Shown: positions 1 through 11,714, numbered from the stretch's first letter. The stretch is 64,000 nt of DNA from Trueperaceae bacterium (GCA_965213705.1 OZ243913.1:2560001-2624000); one strand, 5' to 3'. A program made the numbers and translations. The notes: generated by a model from the sequence alone, not told the origin.

Positions 1-114
1 TGGAAGGCGCTTGCTTGTGCTGCCCTTCGAAACTGGGTCACACGGTTGTTTTGAGACAGGGGAACGTTCAACAAAGTTCTCAAGACGGCAGGCCTCAAAC
101 AGGAGAGAGCATGA
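1..114 (+). pseudogene. hicA: HicA toxin C-terminal remnant (frameshifted)
   Basis: Frame 3 reads CPSKLGHTVV. Frame 1, after an in-frame TGA at 52-54, reads DRGTFNKVLKTAGLKQERA*, a HicA-like C-terminus. Its stop overlaps the hicB start (ATGA, 111-114). Confidence 0.45.
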
Positions 115-617
115 AATATCCTTACGTCATCGAGCGAGCACCCAACAATTACGCGGCCTTTTTCCCTGACGTTCCGGGTGTGGCAACGGCCAAAACCAAA
201 CCCCTGTTGCAGGAGCGGATGTCCGAGGTCTTGGCTTTGACGCTGCTCGACTACGCCGAACAGGGCGCTTCTCCACCGCCGCCGACGCCGCTGGCAAACC
301 TCGACGTGAGTGAATATGAGCCGGAGGAGCCGTTCGAGCTGGCCGAGGTCGAGGCGGCCACCTTCAACCCGGTCAGCCTGGAAATCGAGCGTGCCCTTGA
401 GCGTGCCGGGATTACCCAAGCGGAGTTGGCACGCCGCATGGGCGTGCCCCGCTCGGTCGTCTCGCGGCTGGTCAACCCCTTTTACTTCGGACACAGCCTG
501 GCAAGTTTGAAACGAATCGCCGAGGCGCTGGGCAAACGCCTCGAGGTAGCGTTCAGCGACGCAACGGGCGCGACCTCATCTAACGCAAGGGGTGCGGCCT
601 CACCTGAAGCAGCTTGA
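111..617 (+). CDS. hicB: HicB-family antitoxin with C-terminal XRE HTH
   Basis: YPYVIE..YAAFFPDVPG HicB N-terminus; GITQAELARRMGV HTH; AGGAG upstream of the ATG at 111. Confidence 0.85.
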   Translation: MKYPYVIERAPNNYAAFFPDVPGVATAKTKPLLQERMSEVLALTLLDYAEQGASPPPPTPLANLDVSEYEPEEPFELAEVEAATFNPVSLEIERALERAGITQAELARRMGVPRSVVSRLVNPFYFGHSLASLKRIAEALGKRLEVAFSDATGATSSNARGAASPEAA

Positions 618-782
618 ACTCGAGTCCCTCGTCAACCCTGACGACATCCCTTCTTCAACCGGGTGTCGCCTCATTCTGCGCTGAACGTGACAACCAAAAC
701 GGATACTGATAGCCCGAACTTCTACCCCCAAGCGTATAAAGCGGCCAAATTCACGCGACCGTCACGGGGTAAAGTAACCCCC

Positions 783-2558
783 ATGACGCAGTCTCCTTTG
801 CTCCGCCTGTGGACCTACGCCGAAGCCTACCGGCCGCGCATCCTGCTCGCCACATTCATCTCGGTGCTCAACAAAGTCTTCGACCTCGCGCCGCCCTTTC
901 TCATCGGGGTGGCGGTGGACACGGTGGTAGAGCAGGGAGACTCGATTCTCTCGAGCCTCTTCGGTTTGACAGACGTGATGACGCAGCTCTGGGTACTCGC
1001 CGCCATCACCCTGTTCGTGTGGGGGATGGAGTCGGTGACGGACTACGTCGACCAAATCCTGTGGCGCAACTTGGCGCAAAGTCTGCAGCACGACTTGCGC
1101 ACCGAAACGTACGAACACGTGCAGGGTTTGGAGATGGCCTACTTCGAGGACAAGAGCACGGGCGGACTCATGAGCGTGCTCAACGACGACGTGAACCAGC
1201 TCGAGCGCTTTTTGGACGTCGGGGCGAACGACGTGTTGCAGCTCTTGGCGACGGTGGTGCTGCTGGGGATTTACTTTTTCGTGGTCGCGCCGGGCGTGGC
1301 CTGGCTGGCGTTTTTGCCGATTCCGATTATCGTCTGGGGTTCGCTGCGCTTTCAAAAACGGATGGCCCCGCGCTACCAAGAGGTGCGCGAACAGGTCGGC
1401 GTCTTGAACGGGCAACTCGCCAACAACCTTTCAGGCATCGCCACCATCAAGAGTTTTACGGCGGAGGGTTTGGAGGCCGAGCGGGTCTCGAGCGGCTCCG
1501 ACGTTTACCGCTTGAAAAACCGCGAGGCGATTCGCTACTCGTCGCTGTTCGTGCCGCTCATCCGCATGGCGATTGTGCTCGGTTTTATGGCGACGCTCGT
1601 GTACGGCGGTTATTTGACCGTGAACGGCGCTATCGGCGTGGGCGTCTACAGCACCCTCGTTTTTATGACGCAGCGCCTTTTGTGGCCCCTGACCCGTCTC
1701 GGACAAACCCTCGACCTGTACCAGCGGGCGATGGCCTCGTCGCGGCGGGTGTTTGGGTTGCTCGACACCGAGGCCGAAATGGAAGACGGGGACCTGAGGC
1801 TCGAGCCCGTCCACGGCGACCTGCGGCTGGAAAACGTCGTGTTCGCTTACAAAGACAGCGAACCCGTGGTGAACGGTCTCAGCCTGCACCTGCCCGCCGG
1901 CAAAACCAGCGCCATCGTCGGCGCGACGGGCGCGGGCAAAAGCACCCTCATCAAGCTGCTGCTGAGGTTCTACGACCCTCAGCAGGGCCGCGTGACGTTG
2001 GACGGGCACGACCTGCGCAGTTTGGAAATGAGCAGTTTACGGCGCGCTATCGGCCTGGTCAGCCAGGACGTGTTTTTGTTTCACGGGACGGTGCGCGAGA
2101 ATATCGCCTACGGCGCGCCCGACGCCGACGACGAGGCCATTCGCCGCGCCGCCGAGGTGGCCGAGGCGCACGAGTTCATCACCGACTTGCCGAACGGCTA
2201 CGACACGGTCGTGGGCGAGCGGGGGCAAAAGCTGTCGGGCGGACAGCGGCAGCGGATTTCGATTGCAAGGGCCGTCTTGAAAGACCCGCCGATACTCGTT
2301 CTGGACGAGGCGACGAGCGCGGTCGACAACGAGACCGAAGCCGCGATTCAGCGCTCGCTCGAGCGCATCGCCCGCGGACGCACCATGATTTTGATTGCCC
2401 ACCGTTTGTCGACGATTCGCAACGCCGACCGGATTTATGTTTTAGAGCAGGGCCGCCTCAAAGAGCAGGGCAAGCACGAGGAGTTGCTCGAGCACCCCGG
2501 CATCTACGCAGGACTGTGGCAGGTGCAGACCGGCGATCGGGCCGCCATGCGCGCCTAA
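783..2558 (+). CDS. ABC exporter, fused permease/ATPase (MsbA-like)
   Basis: TM N-half; [23 protein letters not shown]; leaderless TAAAGT-N6-ATG at 783. Confidence 0.93.
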   Translation: MTQSPLLRLWTYAEAYRPRILLATFISVLNKVFDLAPPFLIGVAVDTVVEQGDSILSSLFGLTDVMTQLWVLAAITLFVWGMESVTDYVDQILWRNLAQSLQHDLRTETYEHVQGLEMAYFEDKSTGGLMSVLNDDVNQLERFLDVGANDVLQLLATVVLLGIYFFVVAPGVAWLAFLPIPIIVWGSLRFQKRMAPRYQEVREQVGVLNGQLANNLSGIATIKSFTAEGLEAERVSSGSDVYRLKNREAIRYSSLFVPLIRMAIVLGFMATLVYGGYLTVNGAIGVGVYSTLVFMTQRLLWPLTRLGQTLDLYQRAMASSRRVFGLLDTEAEMEDGDLRLEPVHGDLRLENVVFAYKDSEPVVNGLSLHLPAGKTSAIVGATGAGKSTLIKLLLRFYDPQQGRVTLDGHDLRSLEMSSLRRAIGLVSQDVFLFHGTVRENIAYGAPDADDEAIRRAAEVAEAHEFITDLPNGYDTVVGERGQKLSGGQRQRISIARAVLKDPPILVLDEATSAVDNETEAAIQRSLERIARGRTMILIAHRLSTIRNADRIYVLEQGRLKEQGKHEELLEHPGIYAGLWQVQTGDRAAMRA

Positions 2559-2590
2559 AAGCTGTTCAACAGCTCGGTCGTCGCGCCCCG

Positions 2591-3310
<720 letters not shown>

Positions 3311-3427
3311 GTTTCGACGCTAACACGCTGGTGTACTCGTTTTTGAAGTGGGACGAACAAAGCGGTCGGGTACCGCTACTCGATTCAAGGACGCCAAAGT
3401 CACCCAGACTCCGCTTATCCTGGGCAC

Positions 3428-4207
3428 ATGAACGAAGATGTTTACGAGCAGGTCAAAAAGCAGTTCGGTAAAACGGCCCAGGCTTACGTGACGAGTAATA
3501 TCCACGCCAAGGGCGACGACCTGGGGGCGCTGCTCGAGCTGGCCGGCGACGTCCAGAACAAACGCGTCCTCGACGTTGCGACGGGCGGCGGGCACACAGC
3601 GCTCGCTTTTGCGCGAGCGGGCGCGACGGTCACGGCCACCGACCTCACGCCGGAGATGCTGCAGGTTGCTGAAACGCACCTGAAAGAGCGGGTCAGCGTA
3701 ACTTTTCAAGAAGCCAACGCCGAACAGTTGCCCTTTAAACCCCAAACCTTCGAAATAGTCACCTGCCGCATCGCCGCCCACCACTTTGCGAAGCCGCAGG
3801 CGTTTGTGCAAGAGGCGGCTCGAGTCCTCATGCCAAACGGCCTGTTCCTCCTCGTCGACAACGTCGCGCCGGAAGACGCCGGGCTGGCCGAGGCGATGAA
3901 CCACATCGAGAAAACCCGCGACCCGAGCCATGTTCGGGCGTACAGCGTCAAAACGTGGGTGATGTGGCTGAGCGAGGCGGGCCTCGAGCCTCAACACCTC
4001 AGCCGTTTTAAAAGGACGAAAAACTTCTCAGACTGGACGAGCTACGCGCAGACGCCGGACGAGGTCGTGGAAAAGCTCGAGGCCTACGTGTTAGCTCTAC
4101 CTGAACCCTTCAAGCGCTATTTCGAGGTTATCGAGCGTGGGAGGCGGCTCCACTCGCTCAGCCACGAGGTCGTTTTGCTGGCGGCGAAGAAACTGCGCAC
4201 GGCCTAA
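3428..4207 (+). CDS. Class I SAM-dependent methyltransferase
   Basis: LDVATGGGH motif I; CRIAAHHF; RDPSHVR. Confidence 0.9.
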   Translation: MNEDVYEQVKKQFGKTAQAYVTSNIHAKGDDLGALLELAGDVQNKRVLDVATGGGHTALAFARAGATVTATDLTPEMLQVAETHLKERVSVTFQEANAEQLPFKPQTFEIVTCRIAAHHFAKPQAFVQEAARVLMPNGLFLLVDNVAPEDAGLAEAMNHIEKTRDPSHVRAYSVKTWVMWLSEAGLEPQHLSRFKRTKNFSDWTSYAQTPDEVVEKLEAYVLALPEPFKRYFEVIERGRRLHSLSHEVVLLAAKKLRTA

Positions 4208-4209
4208 CT

Positions 4210-5073
4210 TTATGGTGAGAGGCGCACGTCGCTCAGGCGCATCAGGGTACGGAAGGTGTGAAAGAGGTTCGCCCCGTCGGCGGGCGTGTAAGCCACGCTG
4301 CGCTCGCCTGTGCGCTCGACCCCCGGCAGCGCACAGGCGTCGGCCCGCGAGGGGTGGTCGAACTCAAGCTCCACGCTCGAACCGGCGGGCAGCGTCCAGG
4401 GTCTTGCCTGGGCGAAGTTCTTCAGAGCGGTTTCGGCCCCGTCGCGAATCATCGCCTGGGCGCGGGTGGGGTGGTCGTGCAGGGCGCTGGTGCTCGAGTA
4501 GCCCGTCTTGACCACGACCCCGACGGGTTTGTACCCCGAAGCCTCGTGCAAAAAGTCCTGCGTTTGGGCGACGGCCTTGTCGTCGCCCGTGACCAACACG
4601 ACCCGCGCGCCGAAGTGTCCGGCGACGGCCGCGTTGATACCGTACTCGCCGGTCGAACGTCCGCCGAAACGAACGTCGAGCAGGTAAGAGGTCCAGGTGT
4701 GGGCGAGGGGCGCGGCCGGCGTGCCCGCTTTGGCGTGGTAGCCCACGAAAAAGACCGCGCCGTCGCCCGTTTCTTCAACGCCCTGCATCATCCCGAAGGT
4801 TTTATCGCTCCCGGTGATAAAGCGCACCCCTGGGTGCAGCTCTTCGGGCAAGAGGTTGCGCATCCCGTCGTGGGCGTCGTTGACGACGACGTCGTCGGCC
4901 CCAGCTGCAAAAGCGCCCGCGGCGGCGGCGTTGACCTCGCGGGTGAGGCGCAGCCGGGCGCGTTCGTATTCACCCGCCGCCCTGGGGCCGCTGCCGTACT
5001 CGGGCGGCAGCACCTGCACCCAGCTGGTGACGCCGCAAACACCTTCCATATCGGCTGAAACGAGGACTTTCAC
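4210..5073 (-). CDS. M55 family D-aminopeptidase (DppA-like)
   Basis: SADMEG, VNDAH, GYHAKAG, LAHT, TGDD motifs. Confidence 0.92.
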   Translation of the reverse strand: MKVLVSADMEGVCGVTSWVQVLPPEYGSGPRAAGEYERARLRLTREVNAAAAGAFAAGADDVVVNDAHDGMRNLLPEELHPGVRFITGSDKTFGMMQGVEETGDGAVFFVGYHAKAGTPAAPLAHTWTSYLLDVRFGGRSTGEYGINAAVAGHFGARVVLVTGDDKAVAQTQDFLHEASGYKPVGVVVKTGYSSTSALHDHPTRAQAMIRDGAETALKNFAQARPWTLPAGSSVELEFDHPSRADACALPGVERTGERSVAYTPADGANLFHTFRTLMRLSDVRLSP

Positions 5074-5086
5074 TCAGTAACCTCCC

Positions 5087-5452
5087 TCAAGAACGTGGGT
5101 CCGCCGCCGGCACCACCTGCACCGCCACCGCCCACCAGCGGCCTTCCCGCTTGGCGTAGACGCGCATAAAGCGCTGCCGAACCCTCTCGTCACCCGCTTT
5201 GACCTCGACGCGGCCGGTTGTAACGGCAGTATCACCGAACAGCCTGAGCGAAAAGTCGCTGAAGGTCTGCTCCACTTCAACGCCTTGCGGCGCGGCTGCG
5301 GCGATGAGCTGTTCACGCGTCAGCGTTTTGCCGTCCGCGAAAACACCCAGCCAGTCCTCGGCCAACACGACGCGCAGGCGGTCGCGTTTGTGTTGAAGGT
5401 ACGCCTCGTTCCAGGCGCGGTCGAGGTCGGTTACAAGCGTTTCGTCGTCCAC
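5087..5452 (-). CDS. NTF2-like / DUF4440 protein
   Basis: 121 aa with GDTAVTTG and RFMRVYAKREGRW pattern. Confidence 0.8.
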   Translation of the reverse strand: MDDETLVTDLDRAWNEAYLQHKRDRLRVVLAEDWLGVFADGKTLTREQLIAAAAPQGVEVEQTFSDFSLRLFGDTAVTTGRVEVKAGDERVRQRFMRVYAKREGRWWAVAVQVVPAADPRS

Positions 5453-5630
5453 GCGTTCAGTTTAGCTCGAGCCCCTCAAACCTCGGCTTACTCGGGTAAG
5501 TAGGGAAGTCAAAGCTTTTGATTTCACTTTCTACTCGGTACTCGGTACTTTCTCCTCCGCCCACCGCGTCACTCGAAAGTAAGAAACCCCTGACAAAAAC
5601 TCCGCCCCTACCTGTTAGGCTTAGTATCCT

Positions 5631-6251
5631 ATGCGCCAACTCACCCTCGTGCGTCACGGCGTCACCGACTGGAACACCTCGGGGCGCTTTCAGGGCCACA
5701 GTGACGTGCCCTTGTCGGCGGCGGGGCGTAAGCAGGCTGCAGCTTTGGCAAAACATGTTCTAAGCGTCGCACCCAAAGTCGACCTCGTCTACGCGAGCCC
5801 CCTGGTGCGTGCCCGGGAAACCGCCGAAATCGTTTTTCCAAACAAGCGTATTCTGCTGGACGAACGTCTCAAAGAACTCCACTTCGGGGCTTTCGAAGGG
5901 GCGACGCAGGGCGAAAACGAACAGCATCCCGACTGGGCGGCCTGGTTCGCCGACCCGTTTTCTCGGCAGACTCCCGGCGGCGAGTCTTACGAAGAGTTGA
6001 TGGCGCGCGCCGCAGCGTGGCTGGACAGCTTGCCCAAAGACGCCGACAGCTTCGCCTTCGCCCACGCCGGCACGATTCGGATGCTCATCAGCTTCGTCCT
6101 CGGGCTCACCCGCCCCACCTGGCGCAAGCGCATCTATTTAGCCCATACCGGCATGACCCGTATCCTGTTTCAGGGGGACGAGGCCGTCATCGAGCGGGTA
6201 AACGACACGCGGCACTTGGCACCGAACGGGTCCGACCCGTTTGCAGACTGA
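5631..6251 (+). CDS. Histidine phosphatase family protein
   Basis: RHG, SPLVRARET, ELHFGAFEG, PGGES, HAG. Confidence 0.92.
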   Translation: MRQLTLVRHGVTDWNTSGRFQGHSDVPLSAAGRKQAAALAKHVLSVAPKVDLVYASPLVRARETAEIVFPNKRILLDERLKELHFGAFEGATQGENEQHPDWAAWFADPFSRQTPGGESYEELMARAAAWLDSLPKDADSFAFAHAGTIRMLISFVLGLTRPTWRKRIYLAHTGMTRILFQGDEAVIERVNDTRHLAPNGSDPFAD

Positions 6252-6305
6252 GCGGGACGACTTGAGGGCACCTCCCGACGGCTGCGAAAGCTTTTCGAAC
6301 GTGGA

Positions 6306-6340
6306 GGGTGTGGGGGCGGGTTTTTAACCCACCCCCACCC
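6306..6340. terminator. Hairpin between convergent genes
   Basis: GGGTGTGGGGGCGGGTT-TTT-AACCCACCCCCACCC. Confidence 0.5.
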
Positions 6341-6345
6341 GCAAC

Positions 6346-7518
6346 CTAAACGAGCTGAAACAACCCCGCCATTCCCTGTCCGCCGCCCACGCACATCGAC
6401 ACCACGCCGTACTCCGCGCCGCGCCGGTTCATCTCGGCGAACAGGTCGGCGGCGATGCGCGCGCCCGTCGCGCCGAGAGGGTGGCCCAAGGCAATCGCGC
6501 CGCCGTTGACGTTCAGCTTTTCGTCCGGGATGCCCAGTTCGCCTTGCGAGTAGTAGGCCTGGCTCGCAAACGCTTCGTTGATTTCGAACAGGTCGATGTC
6601 ATTGACCGCCATGCCGGTTTTGTCCAGGAGCTTGCGAATCGCCGGAACCGGCCCGATGCCCATCACGTCCGGCGGCACGCCGACGACGGCGGCCTGGACA
6701 AACTTGGCTAAGGGTTTCAGGCCGAGCGCGTCGGCGTCTTCTTGCGACATGATGACGGTCATGGCCGCGCCGTCGTTCATGGGCGAGGCGTTGCCCGCGG
6801 TCACGGTCGCCGCTTCGTCGTCGGCGAAAACGGTTTTGAGTTCGGCGAGTTTTTCCAGGGTCGTCCCGGCCCTGGGGCCTTCGTCCTTGCTCACGGTGAC
6901 ATTTTGCCAGTTGCCGTCCTCGTCTTTGACCCTCGTCTCCACCGGAACGACGTGCGCGTCGAACTTGCCCGCCGCCCAGGCAGCCAGGGCTTTCTCGTGA
7001 GACTTCACCGCAAAGGCGTCCTGCTGCTCGCGGGTGACGCCGTAGCGCCGCGCCACCGCCTCGGCGGTCTGGCCCATCGCGTGATAGGCCTCGGGGTGCT
7101 TTTTGAGAAGCGCGCGGTTGACGGACATAGTGTGCCCACCCATCGGCACCCGGCTCGTCGAGTCGCTGCCACCCGCGAAGACCACGTCGTTCATGCCCAA
7201 AATGACCGAGTGCGCCCCCTGCGCGATAGTCTGCAAACCCGAGGCGCAAAAGCGGTTGATGGTCGCCCCGGCGACGGTCACGGGCAGTTCGGCAATCTGC
7301 GCGGCGATGCGCGCCATGTTGTAACCCGCCTCGCCCTCGGGGTGGGCGTTGCCCAAAAGCACGTCGTCGACGCGCTCGGCGCTCAAACCCGTCGTGCGGC
7401 ACAGGGCTTGTTTGATGACCAGGGCGGCCAAGTCGTCGGGCCGGGTGTCGCGCAGGTTGCCCTTTTTAGCGCGGCCCACGGGCGTGCGGATGGCGGTGAC
7501 AATGACGGCTTCTCTCAT
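6346..7518 (-). CDS. Acetyl-CoA C-acyltransferase (thiolase)
   Basis: [27 protein letters not shown]. Confidence 0.95.
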   Translation of the reverse strand: MREAVIVTAIRTPVGRAKKGNLRDTRPDDLAALVIKQALCRTTGLSAERVDDVLLGNAHPEGEAGYNMARIAAQIAELPVTVAGATINRFCASGLQTIAQGAHSVILGMNDVVFAGGSDSTSRVPMGGHTMSVNRALLKKHPEAYHAMGQTAEAVARRYGVTREQQDAFAVKSHEKALAAWAAGKFDAHVVPVETRVKDEDGNWQNVTVSKDEGPRAGTTLEKLAELKTVFADDEAATVTAGNASPMNDGAAMTVIMSQEDADALGLKPLAKFVQAAVVGVPPDVMGIGPVPAIRKLLDKTGMAVNDIDLFEINEAFASQAYYSQGELGIPDEKLNVNGGAIALGHPLGATGARIAADLFAEMNRRGAEYGVVSMCVGGGQGMAGLFQLV

Positions 7519-7634
7519 GGTGCTCCTTTACGAGTCGGAACTGGATTCTTGGACTGAGTATAAAGGATGCACCCGGAAGTGGAGGTTATCCTAAATTTCC
7601 GAAGCTGAGTCGTGCCGTTACGCGACAGTAAACG

Positions 7635-7859
7635 TCAAGAAAGGTCAAGCATTTCTTCTACAGTTAAATCAATGTCTTTGGCAATTTTACGGAGAAGGGT
7701 CGGAGAGATGTCTCGTCCTTTGTGAAAGGGCACCGTTGTTCCCCTACCGTCTGGATGACGAAACTGTTTGTAGGAACCTTTTTGACGCACAACTTCAAAC
7801 CCAAGCTTCGACAGGACACGCTCGACTTCACGCGCTTTGAGAATGGGTGTTTTAGCCAC
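7635..7859 (-). CDS. hicA: HicA-family toxin (GSH motif altered to GSY)
   Basis: LGFEVVRQKGSYKQFRHPDGRGTTVPFH. Confidence 0.85.
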   Translation of the reverse strand: MAKTPILKAREVERVLSKLGFEVVRQKGSYKQFRHPDGRGTTVPFHKGRDISPTLLRKIAKDIDLTVEEMLDLS

Positions 7860-7930
7860 TGTTCAACATATCTTTTTTAGACTTTGAACTCGTCTGGACG
7901 AACACTGCGTTCGTTCTTCCGAAACTCGAG

Positions 7931-8146
7931 CTAACCTGTTTGCACTAGAATTTGTTGCGTACCGACGAACTCACCTTCTAATGCGGGGGGACCGTCTTCC
8001 AAAAGCATCTCGAGAACCTCACGAAGATTTTGGTGAAGCTCGTCCAGCGTCTCGCCTTGCGAATGAGCGCCGGGAAAACCGGGAATGTGACCCACAAAAA
8101 ACCCTGTGTCTGCGTCACGCTCGACAACTGCGGTATACGTCTTCAT
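7931..8146 (-). CDS. hicB: HicB-family antitoxin (short)
   Basis: YTAVVERD..FVGHIPGFPGAHSQGETLDE; ATG at 8146. Confidence 0.88.
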   Translation of the reverse strand: MKTYTAVVERDADTGFFVGHIPGFPGAHSQGETLDELHQNLREVLEMLLEDGPPALEGEFVGTQQILVQTG

Positions 8147-8216
8147 ATCAAACGAGTATAAAGGATGCTTGGGGCAGTACGAGTGTCTTTGCTTTGCGGA
8201 AGACCAACCAGGGAGG

Positions 8217-9011
8217 CTAAACAAGTGGCGTGGCCGCAGGGCTCGCCACCTCATCAAGCGTCTCACGGAAGAGAGAATTTAGAACCTCCATTTTCGGTTT
8301 TTGAACGTAAGCATCAAACTTCCTGTCTGATAAACGCTCGAGTTCCGAGTCGATATAGTCGCTGATAGAGGGTACGCGCGGGCCTGTATCCAACTCGGTG
8401 CCGAGCCTTTTTTGTTCGGTGAGGACTGTTATGTCATCGACGAGTTGCTTGTCCTGCAAAATTGTACCCACCAGTTTTTCGAACTCGGTGGGTACGACGC
8501 CCAAACCACGCTCGAGCCAGTTCACAGCGAGGATGGGGCGCAAGACGTAGAAATACTTCTTAGTTTTTACGGTCTCGCCCCTGAGAGAGTCACGGTAGTT
8601 GTTTTTAGCCATGTTGAGGTAGTGATACATACACGCTTTGGCTGAATAGCAGGTCTTGGCTAAGTCACGCAACTTAGACGCCGTCGTATACGCCTCAAGG
8701 TAAACGATGGGCGAACCCAACCACTCGAGCAGCACGGGGCTGGACTTGTAAAACAGCTGCAACGCTTTTCGAAAATCCCAGCCGCTTATGTCCAACTCGC
8801 CACTGATAGGCAGTTCGATAACATCCCGCTTGCGTTCGAAGTCAACGGACAGGTACCAGTCTCGAGGCCGGAGATAGATAAAGCGCACGTCGTAGTCGCT
8901 GTCCTCCGAGGGAAAACCCCAGGCGCGGCTGCCCGACTCACAGGCGTAAAGAATAGTTACCTCCTCTTGCGACTGTATTTCTGAAAGCGCTGCCTTAATT
9001 TCTTTAACCAT
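8217..9011 (-). CDS. Pol-beta superfamily nucleotidyltransferase (RlaP/YcgL-like)
   Basis: ESGSRAWGFPSEDSDYDVRFIY; LLEWLGSPIVY; KKYFYVLRP. Confidence 0.88.
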   Translation of the reverse strand: MVKEIKAALSEIQSQEEVTILYACESGSRAWGFPSEDSDYDVRFIYLRPRDWYLSVDFERKRDVIELPISGELDISGWDFRKALQLFYKSSPVLLEWLGSPIVYLEAYTTASKLRDLAKTCYSAKACMYHYLNMAKNNYRDSLRGETVKTKKYFYVLRPILAVNWLERGLGVVPTEFEKLVGTILQDKQLVDDITVLTEQKRLGTELDTGPRVPSISDYIDSELERLSDRKFDAYVQKPKMEVLNSLFRETLDEVASPAATPLV

Positions 9012-9062
9012 AAAGGACTAAACTCTAACATATAGGTAAAACTTTTTTGCTAAAGTCAGATT

Positions 9063-9338
9063 ATGGCAAACAAAGTCGGACCCAAAGGACAACTCGTCAT
9101 CGAGAAAACTATTCGGGATAGGCTGGGGGTAAAGCCGGGCTGGGTAGCCGTGCAACTGCTGGTCGACGACCACGTCCGAATTCACTTCGTTCCCCCCGAA
9201 CATGACGAGTCGCTGGCGGGTGTTTTGGCCGACTACGCCAAGCCCGAGCTTGGGTCTGAAGGTTTACACAAGGCGCGTGAGCAAGCTTGGCTCGAGGCCG
9301 CCGAGGAACGCTGGGGTGCGCAGCCGGGTGAAAAATGA
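9063..9338 (+). CDS. AbrB/MazE-type antitoxin
   Basis: KVGPKGQLVIEKTIRDRLGVKPG; ATGA overlap with the PIN gene. Confidence 0.85.
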   Translation: MANKVGPKGQLVIEKTIRDRLGVKPGWVAVQLLVDDHVRIHFVPPEHDESLAGVLADYAKPELGSEGLHKAREQAWLEAAEERWGAQPGEK

Positions 9339-9736
9339 CCTTCGTCGATACGAGCGTGGTTGTCCGTTACTTGGTCGGAAGTTCGGACCCACTTTTTGAA
9401 GAAGCTAAAACGATTCTCGAGCATACCTCGGAACTCGTGATAACGGACGTAGCGCTTACAGAGGTTTTTTTCGTGCTGCGCTCGGTCTACAAAGTGCCTC
9501 GAGAAAAACTCATTGACGTGCTGGTCACGCTCGTGCAGCGTCGCAACATCCGAATCTTCAGTTTGGCAAAGGAAGTCGTGGTTAAGGGGCTGTTGCTGTG
9601 CCGCCCTTCGGGACGCGTGTCGTTACCCGACGCGCTCATCTGGGCGGCAGCGGTTTCCGGCAACGGGGTGGCGACCGTCTACTCGTTTGACGAACGCTTT
9701 CCCGCTGAAGGGGTTGAACTGCGCACGGCGTTCTGA
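9335..9736 (+). CDS. vapC: PIN-domain (VapC) toxin
   Basis: FVDTSV, E, LPDALI, YSFD acidic tetrad. Confidence 0.88.
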   Translation: MTFVDTSVVVRYLVGSSDPLFEEAKTILEHTSELVITDVALTEVFFVLRSVYKVPREKLIDVLVTLVQRRNIRIFSLAKEVVVKGLLLCRPSGRVSLPDALIWAAAVSGNGVATVYSFDERFPAEGVELRTAF

Positions 9737-9743
9737 ACCCGAT

Positions 9744-10232
9744 TCAAACAACATCATAGTGGTGAACGATGCCCCACGCCTTGTCGAGCGTGATGCCTTG
9801 CCACTGGTCCAAAGACAAAGGGTGTTCGGTAGGTTCGAGTTCGATAGAGGGTCGTTGGTTGTCCCCTCGGAAGTGGACGCGGGTTTTCAGAAACAGCGTG
9901 TCTTCGGAGTAGTAGTCGATGCGCGTGCAAAGCCAGCCGAAGAAGGGGCCTATGGCCTCAGAATCAAAGTTGTCGAGATAAATCGCGTAGTTCTCCTTTG
10001 CCAGCGAGACCCAGACTCCAAAACCAAACTTTTCAGGATACTCTTGGACGGGTAGCTCGAGAACCCCTCGAATAAAAAAATGCTCACCGTCCAACTCACA
10101 AGTGTCCGAGGTCAGGACAAGACGCTCGGCGCGTTCGGGTTTGGGAACATCGTAATAGTGAAAAGGGGCGTCGGCTCCAATATCTGGCAAACCCTCGTGT
10201 GTCTTTCCGCAGACGGAACAAGCGTAGCTCAT
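9744..10232 (-). CDS. DUF2199-like protein
   Basis: CxxC..H N-terminus; FFIRGVLELPV, FGVWVSL, FFGWL, RP. Confidence 0.8.
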   Translation of the reverse strand: MSYACSVCGKTHEGLPDIGADAPFHYYDVPKPERAERLVLTSDTCELDGEHFFIRGVLELPVQEYPEKFGFGVWVSLAKENYAIYLDNFDSEAIGPFFGWLCTRIDYYSEDTLFLKTRVHFRGDNQRPSIELEPTEHPLSLDQWQGITLDKAWGIVHHYDVV

Positions 10233-10379
10233 GGGTTTGTTGAGTGTAGACCTGCTCGCCTCGAGACCGCCGTATCATTTGACCCGCTTTGGAGCGCACG
10301 CGGTCGGTTCGGGGAGGCTGAAGTTCAGTTTTTGCGCTGAACGACACAACCGCTACCGACCTGAGACCCGTAGCTATAG

Positions 10380-10430
10380 AAACCCACAGGTATCATTTAT
10401 GGTTCAACCATAGATGATACCTGTGGGTTT
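10380..10430 (-). terminator. Long hairpin terminator after tRNA-Pro
   Basis: 23-bp arms AAACCCACAGGTATCATTTATGG / CCATAGATGATACCTGTGGGTTT, one mismatch. Confidence 0.75.
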
Positions 10431-10431
10431 T

Positions 10432-10510
<79 letters not shown>

Positions 10511-10571
10511 GTGTTCTTGACCCTGGTGTGCCGCGCGAGTCTCACGCACGAGCACCGGAGTATAGCAAGCT

Positions 10572-11039
10572 TTACGCGCTCCTGTAAACCCAGCGCAGGG
10601 CGTAAAGCCCTGAATACCGTCCCCCGTTCAGCCGTGTGCAGCAGCTTTTACAAGCGACCAGCGCGGCCGTTTTGCGGTGGCGCGGGACTTCTAAACCGCA
10701 GGTGTCGCAAACCAGCAGGTAGCGCGAGGGCGGCTGAACGACTTCTGCGGAGGTGTGACAGCGTTGCACGGAAATGCCGAATTCAAGGCACTTCGCCTGC
10801 CAAGCGGGGCCGTGGGCGGCTCCCGGCGTGAGGGCGTGGGCGATTTCGTGAAGCAGCGTCTCGCGCACGGCTGCGCGAGGGTTGAGTTCGGTCAGGGTAC
10901 GGGACAGGTTTATCGTCCGCGTCGTGTAATGGCAAGCGCCGAACCGCCGTTTGGCCCGGTCGAACTTGAACGTCCAGTCGCTGAGGCCGTGACGGGCTAT
11001 GAGGGTTTCGGCAAGCTGTCGGGCGTCTGTAAGCTCCAT
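10572..11039 (-). CDS. SprT-like zinc metalloprotease
   Basis: [22 protein letters not shown]-terminal Cys pairs. Confidence 0.88.
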   Translation of the reverse strand: MELTDARQLAETLIARHGLSDWTFKFDRAKRRFGACHYTTRTINLSRTLTELNPRAAVRETLLHEIAHALTPGAAHGPAWQAKCLEFGISVQRCHTSAEVVQPPSRYLLVCDTCGLEVPRHRKTAALVACKSCCTRLNGGRYSGLYALRWVYRSA

Positions 11040-11099
11040 AGGGCTCAGCTTGACATCTTCCGGCGTAGCGTCTCCCCTTCTCAAGCTACACTGGAAAGC

Positions 11100-11714
11100 G
11101 TGACCGACTCAGAAGAACGTTTCGACCTGTTGGACGAATCGGGTGAACCCACGGGCGAGACCAAGGCTCGAGCCCAAGTCCACCGCGACGGCGACTGGCA
11201 CCGCAGTTTTCACCTGTGGCTTGTCAAGGACGAAAAATACGTGCTACTGCAGCGGCGCAGTACGCGCAAAGACGTGGCGGGCGGCAAGATAGACGTGACG
11301 GTGGGCGGCCATTTTCGCGCCGGCGAAAGTTTGGCGCAGGTGGTCCGCGAGGCCGAGGAAGAGATAGGTCTAAGGGTCACGCCCGCCGACCTGCACTACC
11401 TGGGCGCGCACCAAAGTAAGTTGGTGCAGGGTGATATTACTGACCGCGAAATCGTGGAGAACTACGTCCTGCGCTGTGACCAACCGCTCGAGCACTACTA
11501 CCTGGACTGCGCCGAGGTCGACGTGCTTTACGAAGCCCCACTCGACGGCGCGATAAACCTTTACCGGGAGGGCGGCTTTCTGGCCGTCGCCGGGTTCGAC
11601 TGTCAGGGACGCCCCAACAACGCACTGCTCGTCGAGGACGACTTGATTGAGGCGGCGCGCGAGACGACGGCCCAGGTGCTGCTCAACATCAAAGCTTGGT
11701 TGGACGAACAGTAA
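11100..11714 (+). CDS. NUDIX hydrolase (IDI-like)
   Basis: VHRDGDWHRSFHLW; GGHFRAGE..REAEEEIG; TACACT-N7-GTG. Confidence 0.85.
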   Translation: MTDSEERFDLLDESGEPTGETKARAQVHRDGDWHRSFHLWLVKDEKYVLLQRRSTRKDVAGGKIDVTVGGHFRAGESLAQVVREAEEEIGLRVTPADLHYLGAHQSKLVQGDITDREIVENYVLRCDQPLEHYYLDCAEVDVLYEAPLDGAINLYREGGFLAVAGFDCQGRPNNALLVEDDLIEAARETTAQVLLNIKAWLDEQ

